This document shows, one piece after another, positions 56,582 through 64,000 of a stretch of DNA of 64,000 nucleotides (position 1 is the first letter of the stretch; the number at the start of each line of letters is the position of its first letter). The notes under the pieces are model-generated. The model made no database searches, was not told where the DNA came from, and saw only the letters and a list, made by a program, of their open reading frames with translations. Source of the DNA: Dehalococcoidia bacterium (GTDB lineage Bacteria; Chloroflexota; Dehalococcoidia; Lucifugimonadales; UBA3495); the NCBI GenBank assembly GCA_034423575.1, contig DAOUIF010000030.1, positions 9,044 through 73,043 of the forward strand, in the 5' to 3' direction. A program made the translations under genes and the position numbers.

Positions 56582-56700
56582 GTGACTGGCCATGCGCCAG
56601 CGTATGATGGCGTCGGCGCAAAAACGCCGTGGGAAATTTACTCATCACAACTTGCGGAAGAGTTCCACTCGGAGGTGGCGCCATCATGAACGACTAGGAA

Positions 56701-56907
56701 GTGAGTTGGCAGCATCTATCGGAGCCGCCATCTGGGCATCCTGACCTGGCATTGATTTGGGAAGCGGAGCAAGCCCTTCAGAGCATCAGTGCACTCGCCG
56801 AAAATCCGGACATTCGGCACCAAATCACGACGCGAGCTGAGACGATGGTTCAAGAGGAATGGCAATCCATTCTCGAACGCGTTGCCGCCATCTTGATCAA
56901 TGATTAG
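56701..56907 (+). CDS. hypothetical protein (68 aa), lower-G+C
   Basis: GTG-initiated ORF. The region is visibly AT-richer. No family recognised. Confidence 0.3.
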   Translation: MSWQHLSEPPSGHPDLALIWEAEQALQSISALAENPDIRHQITTRAETMVQEEWQSILERVAAILIND

Positions 56908-56990
56908 GATGATGTGTAGTACACAATTTGGCCCACGGATCCTCGCTGTTCGGCCCGAAAAGACGGTCTCTCCAGCGGAGTACGGGAGCG

Positions 56991-57290
56991 ATGGGTATGA
57001 CGAACCACGAAACAATACCTGCTATTGCCGATAATGACGTCTGGCAAAGCCGCATCGTCAAAACCCCGGGCATTCTGGCCGGCAAGCCCTGCATCCGGGG
57101 GACGCGCATCTCCGTGGAACTGGTGGATGAACTACTCCGCGGCGGGCGCAGCCCGGAAGACATCCAGCGTTACCACTTCTCTCATATCTCGCTGGCGGAC
57201 ATTGAGGCTTGCCGGAAATATGCGGCCACCGGCGCCAAACTCTCTGACTTTACCTGGCGGGACCTGTACGGCGACGAGGACGATGACTGA
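56991..57290 (+). CDS. DUF433 domain protein (putative antitoxin)
   Basis: IVKTPGILAGKPCIRGTRISVELV is the DUF433 core. GGGAGCG RBS before the ATG at 56991. Confidence 0.8.
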   Translation: MGMTNHETIPAIADNDVWQSRIVKTPGILAGKPCIRGTRISVELVDELLRGGRSPEDIQRYHFSHISLADIEACRKYAATGAKLSDFTWRDLYGDEDDD

Positions 57291-57303
57291 CCGCGCGACG
57301 ACC

Positions 57304-57651
57304 ATGCGGATACTGGCTGATGAGAATATGCCGGACCGGACGGTTGAGCTGCTGCGAATAACCGGACACGACGCTCACTTTGTCAAAGAAACCATGCCGA
57401 GCGAGGCAGACCCGAACGTACTAGCCGTTGCCACCGGAGAGACCCGTCTGCTGGTTACGCAAGACAAGGATTTTGGCGATATCGTAGTCAACCAAAACCA
57501 GCCGGCGCCGCATGGCGTAGTTCTATTCCGGCTGCATAATGATATTCCAGATACCGACCGGTTCCGGCTGATGGCCGCCATTCTGGACGCGCGCAACAGT
57601 TGGGGTCCCGGAATATGGACTGTCAGCATCCGTCATCCGACAACTTCCTGA
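57304..57651 (+). CDS. DUF5615 (Mut7-C/PIN-like) protein (putative toxin)
   Basis: MRILADENMP ... LLVTQDKDFGD. An alternative ATG at 57283 overlaps the DUF433 stop. Confidence 0.75.
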   Translation: MRILADENMPDRTVELLRITGHDAHFVKETMPSEADPNVLAVATGETRLLVTQDKDFGDIVVNQNQPAPHGVVLFRLHNDIPDTDRFRLMAAILDARNSWGPGIWTVSIRHPTTS

Positions 57652-57673
57652 AACTAACGCGCTGGAAACTGCC

Positions 57674-59539
57674 ATGTATGTCATCGGAACCGCCGGCCAC
57701 GTCGACCACGGCAAATCCACCCTGGTCAAGGCCCTGACCGACATAGATCCCGACCGCCTGCCCGAGGAGAAGGAGCGGGAGATGACCGTTGACCTCGGCT
57801 TTGCCTGGATGACCCTGCCCAGCGGACGCGAGGTCAGCATTGTCGACGTGCCGGGACACGAGCGGTTCATCAAGAACATGCTGGCCGGCGTCGGTGCCAT
57901 CGACCTCGCCATGCTCATCGTCGCCGCCGACGAGAGCGTGATGCCCCAGACCCGGGAGCATCTGGCAATCCTTGACATCTTGCGTATCCGGCGCGGCTTG
58001 GTGGTCATCACCAAGGTGGACCTCGTTGACGACGAGTTAGTCGAGCTGGTCAAGGCCGAGGTGGAGGACACTCTCGCGGGCACCGCCTTCGAGGGCTGCC
58101 CCATGGCGCCGGTCTCCGCATACACCGGCGAGGGCATCGACGACCTGAAGGCGATGATCGACGACATACTGAACGACACCGAAACCCGCCGCGATCTGGG
58201 CCGGCCCCGCCTGCCCATTGATCGCTGCTTTACGGTGAGCGGGTTCGGGACCGTGATCACCGGCACGTTGATTGACGGGTCTGTGGCGGTGGGCCAGCAG
58301 ATTGAGTTGGCTCCGTCGGGTCGTCAGGCGCGCATCCGCGGCTTGCAGAGCCACAAATCGCGCCTCGACGCGGCCGCGCCCGGCATTCGGTTGGCGCTGA
58401 ACTTGTCGGGCATCTCACGCGACGACGTCATGCGCGGCGAGGTGCTCACCAACCCCGGCTGGCTGAGGCCCACCCGCCGGTTCGACGCCAACCTGCGCAT
58501 GGTGAAGGGCGCGCCCCACGCGCTGAAGCACAACGAAGGCGTCACCTTCCACCTCTTTACCACCGAGACCACCGGACGGGTGCGCCTCCTGGATGCCGAC
58601 CGGCTCCAACCGGGCAGCGACGGCTGGGTGCAGGTGCTGTTGGACGAGCCGGTGCCAATGGTCAAGGGCGACTTTTTCGTCCTCCGGTCATCCGAGGACA
58701 CCTTGGGCGGCGGACAGGTGGCAGATCCCAACCCCCGTCGCCGCCACCGCCGTTTCGCCCCCGATGTGCTGGAACGGCTAACCATGCTGGACGCCGGCGC
58801 CAGCGAGGACGTTATCCTGACCATCGCCGACCAGATGGGCCCGTGCGACCTCAGAACGCTGTCGCAACGCTCCAACCTTTCCGAAGAGGAAATCCTTGAG
58901 CGGATTGGCGCCTTGATCGAATCGGAGGAGATAGTTGCTCTGGGCGAAATGGGCGCGCAGGGTGATGCGGTGGTCTACTCGCGGCGGGGATGGGACATTT
59001 TGCGGAACCAGGCCCAGGTGGCATTGCAGGCTTATCACAACCAGTATCCGCTCCGTAGGGGTGCGCCGCCCCAGGAATTGCGCAGCCGTCTGCGTGTCTC
59101 GCAGCCCGTATACCTCCGTGCCGCGGCACGGTTGTCCGATGAGGGCGTCATCGTCGATGACAACGGACTGGTGCGGACGCCGGACCATCGCGTGGAGCTC
59201 AGCGATGCCCAGCAATCCGAAATCATTGAGTACCTGGCCACATTGGCCTCCGAGCCCTGGTCGCCGCCAACGGATCGGCCGCTGGATCCGGAACTGCTGG
59301 CCCACCTCCAGGAACGGGGCGACGTGGTGAAAGTCAACGAGACGGTAGTGTTCACATCAACGGCCTACGAGGACATGGCCGGCCGCATCGTCGACCACTT
59401 GAAGTCAAACGGTAGCGTGACCGTGGCTGACGCCCGCACCATCTTCGGGACCAGCCGCAAATACGTCCTGCCCCTGCTGGAATACCTGGACCAGCAGCGC
59501 ATCACCCGGCGCGTCGGCGACGAGCGCGTGCTGCGGTAA
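57674..59539 (+). CDS. selB: selenocysteine-specific translation elongation factor SelB
   Basis: GTPase domain GTAGHVDHGKSTLVKALTDIDPDRLPEEKEREMTVDLGFAW, 621 aa, with a long C-terminal winged-helix region. Confidence 0.9.
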   Translation: MYVIGTAGHVDHGKSTLVKALTDIDPDRLPEEKEREMTVDLGFAWMTLPSGREVSIVDVPGHERFIKNMLAGVGAIDLAMLIVAADESVMPQTREHLAILDILRIRRGLVVITKVDLVDDELVELVKAEVEDTLAGTAFEGCPMAPVSAYTGEGIDDLKAMIDDILNDTETRRDLGRPRLPIDRCFTVSGFGTVITGTLIDGSVAVGQQIELAPSGRQARIRGLQSHKSRLDAAAPGIRLALNLSGISRDDVMRGEVLTNPGWLRPTRRFDANLRMVKGAPHALKHNEGVTFHLFTTETTGRVRLLDADRLQPGSDGWVQVLLDEPVPMVKGDFFVLRSSEDTLGGGQVADPNPRRRHRRFAPDVLERLTMLDAGASEDVILTIADQMGPCDLRTLSQRSNLSEEEILERIGALIESEEIVALGEMGAQGDAVVYSRRGWDILRNQAQVALQAYHNQYPLRRGAPPQELRSRLRVSQPVYLRAAARLSDEGVIVDDNGLVRTPDHRVELSDAQQSEIIEYLATLASEPWSPPTDRPLDPELLAHLQERGDVVKVNETVVFTSTAYEDMAGRIVDHLKSNGSVTVADARTIFGTSRKYVLPLLEYLDQQRITRRVGDERVLR

Positions 59540-59569
59540 CCGCGGTCACCCTGTTTGCGACCGACCCCC

Positions 59570-60796
59570 ATGTCGTTGGATTTCGGCCAAACGGCGCGCC
59601 AGATGATGTCGGCCATGGATGGCCTGTCTGCCACGGCCCGATCGCGGCGACAACGGTTTGCGGATACCCTGGACCGGGCGCTGGCGGTGACTCCCGACGA
59701 GGCCGTCCGGCGCACCGCGTCTGCCGGCAGTCGTCCTTTCATAGTGGCGCGCACCGGACCCGAGGGTATGCTTTCCAGCATCCCGCCACCTTCGCCGCCT
59801 GGGGACTGGATGGCGGTTTCGGTTGACGGCTCGCACATCGACGTGGATCGCCATCTGCCATTGCGGTGCTACCTGATCAATCTGGGCGGATGTTCCCTGA
59901 CCTACGGTGCGAACCCTGATTGCCAGTTTTTCAGCGAACCCACGCTGGCCACCGGCGACGCCGATCTGTACCTCCGTCCCAGCGATGATTCCAGGGAGGA
60001 AACGCCCGTCTCCGGCCAGCTCCTCGGCGCGCTGCGTACCGTGCGCGAGGTGGAACGGCTGGCCGACGCCGTCGAGGCCTCCGCGCCCGGCGCGCCCGCC
60101 GTCGCGTTGTTGGACGGCACCCTGGCTTTCTGGGACATACAGCGCGGGAACTATCCCAGGTACGTGGTTGAAACCCTGGTGAATGAGCGCCTGCGCGGCG
60201 CGTTGGCTCGCTTGCGCCAGGCTTCCCTTCGCCGGCGCCCCGTAGCCCTTGCCGCTTACACCTCGCGTCCTCAAACCACCGAGGTGGCCGGAGCCGTGCG
60301 TGCCTGCCTGTGCGTCAGCAACCCGGTAGAGTGCACGCGCCGATGCAGCGCGCGCCGATCGGACCTTGCCCAGTGCGACAGCGCAGCCGGCTTTGACGAC
60401 CGGGAACTGTTCGACGCGCTGCTGGAACCAGGCCACCGTTCGCCCCTCTACCAGACCGGTCGCCGCGCCTCGCATTTCGCCCTGGATCTGGCGGTGGGCG
60501 CCGAGTGGAGCCGGTTCTACTACATCAACAGCGGTACTGAGGTCGCCCGCGTCGAGGTGCCCGACTGGGTCGCCGAGGACCCTGAGTTGCTCGCGTTGGG
60601 CCATTCCATGCTGGCGAAACAGTGCGAACTCGGCCTGGGGTATCCCGTGGTAATCTCGGAGGCCCACGAGCAGGCCGTGGTCAGCGGACGAGATCGAGAG
60701 GAGTTTCGCAGGCTGACGCTGATGCTGATGGAACAGAGCGGATTGCCGACCCCCGAATCGGCCAAGACCGTCTCGAAACGACTGCCCTGGGTGTGA
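59570..60796 (+). CDS. NurA-like 5'-3' nuclease domain protein
   Basis: AVSVDGSHID, ALLDGTLAFW and LGYPVVISEAHEQAVVS correspond to the NurA catalytic Asp, DGxL and C-terminal motifs. The start is the ATG at 59570 or the TTG at 59555. Confidence 0.6.
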   Translation: MSLDFGQTARQMMSAMDGLSATARSRRQRFADTLDRALAVTPDEAVRRTASAGSRPFIVARTGPEGMLSSIPPPSPPGDWMAVSVDGSHIDVDRHLPLRCYLINLGGCSLTYGANPDCQFFSEPTLATGDADLYLRPSDDSREETPVSGQLLGALRTVREVERLADAVEASAPGAPAVALLDGTLAFWDIQRGNYPRYVVETLVNERLRGALARLRQASLRRRPVALAAYTSRPQTTEVAGAVRACLCVSNPVECTRRCSARRSDLAQCDSAAGFDDRELFDALLEPGHRSPLYQTGRRASHFALDLAVGAEWSRFYYINSGTEVARVEVPDWVAEDPELLALGHSMLAKQCELGLGYPVVISEAHEQAVVSGRDREEFRRLTLMLMEQSGLPTPESAKTVSKRLPWV

Positions 60797-60811
60797 GGTC
60801 GACTCTTCTAT

Positions 60812-60901
60812 ATCGACATACAGGATGAGCAGGACAATGATTCAAAATGGCGGTACGCGCCACTCAGGACAAAAATCATCCTGTATATCCTGTGCATCGA
60901 T
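60812..60901. repeat. gene-less palindromic copy of the paired-CAGGAT repeat family
   Basis: Left arm ATCGACATACAGGATGAGCAGGACAATGATT. The reverse complement of the right arm is ATCGATGCACAGGATATACAGGATGATT. CAGGATATACAGGATG matches 7298-7313, apart from one extra G there (CAGGGATATACAGGATG). Confidence 0.65.
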
Positions 60902-60926
60902 GTGAGCAAAACATGGAGGTTTCATT

Positions 60927-61412
60927 GTGGGTGAGTTGAATGACCTGGCCGCGTCCGTCGCGGCTGTGCTGAAAGAGCGCGGAGACACTTTGTCGGTTTC
61001 GGAGTCCTCGTGCGGCGGCCTCATCTCCGCCGCCCTGGTATCGATCCCCGGGGCCTCTGCTTATTACGTGGGCGGCTCCGTCGTCTACACGCGGGTGGCG
61101 CAGGCCGGACTGCTGCAGGTGCCCGAGTCCGCCATGGAGGGCCACCGGGCCAGCACCGAATACTACGCCCTGTTGAACGCCCGAACGTCCCGGGAACGGC
61201 TGGGCACCACTTGGGCCCTGGCGGAAACCGGCGCCAGCGGACCCACCGGGAATCGCTATGGCGACAACTACGGCCACGCCTGTTTCGGCGTCGCCGGCCC
61301 GGTGGAACGCTCCCAGACGCTGGAAACGGGAAGTCCCGACCGCGAGGCGAACATGTGGGTCTTCGCCAGGACCGCCCTCGCGCTTCTGGAAAAAGCCCTG
61401 AAAGCCGCCTGA
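60927..61412 (+). CDS. CinA family protein (PncC-like nicotinamide-nucleotide amidohydrolase domain)
   Basis: LSVSESSCGGLISAAL ... PGASAYYVGGSVVY. GTG start. Confidence 0.85.
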   Translation: MGELNDLAASVAAVLKERGDTLSVSESSCGGLISAALVSIPGASAYYVGGSVVYTRVAQAGLLQVPESAMEGHRASTEYYALLNARTSRERLGTTWALAETGASGPTGNRYGDNYGHACFGVAGPVERSQTLETGSPDREANMWVFARTALALLEKALKAA

Positions 61413-61439
61413 CGCGGTAATTCCGATCGCCGTATCGGC

Positions 61440-62750
61440 TCACGGCGCCGTTGCAGCCAGGTGTTCCGCTAGCTCGTCAGGCGTAGTGAACTCCGCGGCA
61501 GTGCGCAGGAAAACGGCCAGGCTGGGGCTGCGGCGGCGCAGCTCTTGGATCTGCTGACCGACGATGCTCACGCCGGCCGCGCCGGTATCGGCGTAGGTGC
61601 CGTGGAAAGCGAAGTACGCCTGGTTCAGCCGGCGCAGCCGATATCCGTGGACTACAAACTTCTTGCGCCGTTCTTCCATATACGCCTCGGCCTGATCCAC
61701 CTGCCCAGCTGCCAGCATCTCGTCGACGCGGATCCTCGTTGCGCGCATCTCCTCTTGAAAATTAAAGGGGGGTAGAGCGTCGCTGGAATCTCCGACCGTT
61801 ACCGGTGGATCGTGGGCGTGCGCGCCCGGTGAACTGGGGGCGTATCGGTCCAGCCGGTTTCGGGCCATTTCTCCAATCTCCCTCCCGGCGATATTGGCCA
61901 CGGTCTCGTTCATCGTTGTCAAGTCCCCGCCCTGGAAATACCGGCGGCCCAGGGGCCGGAACCACAGCCAGTGGTGCACCCACTCGTGGGCGACGACTTC
62001 CAGCGCGAAGTCAAGGCCCGCGTAAGGAATCGCGATGGACGGGTACAGTGCTATGCCTCCGGTGTTCAGCACCACCGCGGATAGATCCGTTTGGTCTTCC
62101 ACCTGCACTTCGATACGGCCCCGCTGCTCGCTGGTCAGGCCAGTGTGCAGCGTTATGGTGTCCTGGCGCTCGATCCGGTCCCGCGGCGACGTGACCAGGA
62201 CGGTGGGAGAACCCGTCAATACCGTATCGACCGGGGGAAACGGGCCGGTCCAGGCCTGAAACCCCAAGGATTTCAAGGTGTCCGCCAGCGTCGACTCCAG
62301 GCTCTCTTCGACACCGGGGCGAAGGTGATCGCTGCGGTCTCGCAGGCTGGCTTGCTGCCTCCTCAGGGCGGCCATGCGCGCCGTCGTTTGCGGAGTGGTC
62401 GGCGATGCTATCCCCAGTGCGATCAGCTGCCGGTCGATGGATCGCAGCGACCGGTGGGTTGCGAAAAACTCGTGGACGTCCGCAACTCTCTGCTCGTGCG
62501 TGCGGGCTTGCGCCAGGGCCGTGGGGATGCGAACCAATCGCCGGAACCACTTGTCGGGCAGGTTGGCCAGCTCCCATCCCGCCGCGCTGAACCGGTACGG
62601 GGCGGTGGACGTGGCCATGACGTCGCGTTCATACCCTGCAACGGGGACGAGGGCGACGCAGATACAGCACAGGGCGAGCAGTCGCCAAAACAGGCCTTTC
62701 CTGAACTTGACGCCGCGTGGGCTGGAGGGTGCAGATCGGTGTCGGGTCAT
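61440..62750 (-). CDS. membrane-anchored putative zinc metallopeptidase (HExxH)
   Basis: N-terminal TM helix and VVAHEWVHHW (HExxH). No specific family recognised. Confidence 0.5.
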   Translation of the reverse strand: MTRHRSAPSSPRGVKFRKGLFWRLLALCCICVALVPVAGYERDVMATSTAPYRFSAAGWELANLPDKWFRRLVRIPTALAQARTHEQRVADVHEFFATHRSLRSIDRQLIALGIASPTTPQTTARMAALRRQQASLRDRSDHLRPGVEESLESTLADTLKSLGFQAWTGPFPPVDTVLTGSPTVLVTSPRDRIERQDTITLHTGLTSEQRGRIEVQVEDQTDLSAVVLNTGGIALYPSIAIPYAGLDFALEVVAHEWVHHWLWFRPLGRRYFQGGDLTTMNETVANIAGREIGEMARNRLDRYAPSSPGAHAHDPPVTVGDSSDALPPFNFQEEMRATRIRVDEMLAAGQVDQAEAYMEERRKKFVVHGYRLRRLNQAYFAFHGTYADTGAAGVSIVGQQIQELRRRSPSLAVFLRTAAEFTTPDELAEHLAATAP

Positions 62751-62798
62751 TTAGTGCTAGAATATCGTACTGTCCCATCTTCGTCCTGGAGCAAGCGC

Positions 62799-63389
62799 AT
62801 GAGCACCTCATCATCGTCATCACAACGACGCAAGCGCGTTTATACCAAGTACGGCGACCAGGGCGAAACCAGTTTGCTCTACGGCGGCCGCGTGTCCAAG
62901 GCCAACCCTCATACCGAGGCCTACGGCATAACCGACGAGGCGGTCAGCCTCATGGGGCTCGCCCGCGCCCTCACCGACGACGACAAGGTCAAGAACATCC
63001 TGCGCGACCTGCAGCGGGAACTGTTCACCGTCGCCGCCGAGCTGGCCACCGATCCCGAAAAGTACGACCTGTTCCATCAGCACTTCACTCCTGTGACCGA
63101 GGCGATGGTGGACAACCTGGAAGAGACCATCGACGAACTGGAGACCCACTTCCAGATGCCCCAGGTGTTCATCCTCCCGGGAGGAACGCCGTCCTCGTCG
63201 GCCATGGACTCCGCCCGCACCGTGATCCGCACCGCTGAGCGCCGCGTGGTTGCGCTGGCAGAGGTCGGCGGCCTGACTAATCCGCTGATCCTCGCCTACT
63301 TGAACCGCCTGGGCGACCTGCTGTTCGTTCTGGCGCGGTATCACGACCGGGAGATTCCCATCGAACGAGCCACCGGCGAACGGGCCTGA
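62799..63389 (+). CDS. ATP:cob(I)alamin adenosyltransferase, PduO type
   Basis: YTKYGDQGETSL N-terminal motif with a helical bundle (ELFTVAAELAT). The track ORF's long N-terminal extension is rejected. Confidence 0.85.
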   Translation: MSTSSSSSQRRKRVYTKYGDQGETSLLYGGRVSKANPHTEAYGITDEAVSLMGLARALTDDDKVKNILRDLQRELFTVAAELATDPEKYDLFHQHFTPVTEAMVDNLEETIDELETHFQMPQVFILPGGTPSSSAMDSARTVIRTAERRVVALAEVGGLTNPLILAYLNRLGDLLFVLARYHDREIPIERATGERA

Positions 63390-63397
63390 CCCCAGGA

Positions 63398-64000
63398 TGG
63401 CCTTGGCGGATAACGGCCGGGTTCGCCTGGTCGTCATCGACTACGAGTCCGGCAACCTCCGCAGCGTCGCGCGGGCAGTGGAAAAGGCCGGCGTGGTGCC
63501 CACCGTGACCTCGGACCCCGCGGCCCTGGCAGACGCGGACGGCGTCATCCTGCCCGGTGTGGGCTCAGGCCCGGCGGCTATGGCCGCGCTGCAATCCCGA
63601 AGCCTGGTCGACCCGCTGTTGGACTATATCGCCAGTGGTCGTCCGTTTCTGGGCGTTTGCCTAGGTCTGCAACTGCTCCTGGATGCCACCGACGAGGGCG
63701 ACGCCGACTGCCTTGGCCTGGTGCCCGGTCGTGTCCGTCGCTTGCCCGACGGCCTCAAGGTGCCGCACATGGGGTGGAATACCGTGGAGTTCCAGCGGGA
63801 CCACCCGTTGTGGGAGGGCATACCCCCGGGCAGCCACTTCTACTTCGTCCACAGCTACTACGCCGATCCAGTAGCCCGGGAAAATGTCGCCGGCGTTACC
63901 GAGTACGGAGTGCCGTTCTGCAGTATCTACGCCCGTGACAACGTGGTGGCTACGCAGTTTCACCCCGAAAAGAGCGGCGAAAACGGCCTGCGCGTCTACG
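63398..64000 (+). CDS. hisH: imidazole glycerol phosphate synthase subunit HisH (3' end outside the window)
   Basis: Manual translation gives VVIDYESGNLRSV, GVCLGLQLL, HMGWN, FVHSYY and QFHPEKS. It is not in the ORF track because no stop occurs in the window. Confidence 0.9.

Overview
High-G+C bacterial chromosomal segment, densely coding and mostly housekeeping or catabolic. In order it carries: a nitrogen-assimilation cluster (amt, glnA, a second GS paralogue); yhhQ; aconitase; PolX; ribosomal protein S1; a CoA-transferase/DUF35/SCP2-thiolase catabolic cluster; a large BNR-repeat protein; two MoeA genes; SppA; two LLM-class flavin oxidoreductases; a trpE-VOC-trpG operon; purA; selB; a PduO-type adenosyltransferase; and hisH. 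The gene content (several LLM oxidoreductases, family III CoA-transferases, MmgE/PrpD, a T-box leader, GxxExxY and Uma2 nucleases) resembles marine Chloroflexota such as SAR202. That is inference only, without a database search. Small, visibly lower-G+C accessory islets interrupt the core genes: a VapBC pair followed by an unassigned 289-aa gene, HicAB, and a DUF433/DUF5615 pair. The best-supported non-coding features are listed here.
- A Trp-specific T-box leader with its own consensus promoter and terminator upstream of trpE.
- A ~91-bp palindromic MITE/REP-like repeat family, with two full copies and one half copy.
- A second repeat family of paired CAGGAT half-sites that brackets the GxxExxY nuclease gene and also occurs as a gene-less palindrome.
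- Four GTAAC pentamers phased every 11 bp upstream of amt.
No rRNA, tRNA, CRISPR array, transposase or integrase was recognised. The many long antisense ORFs in the track are treated as high-G+C artefacts.
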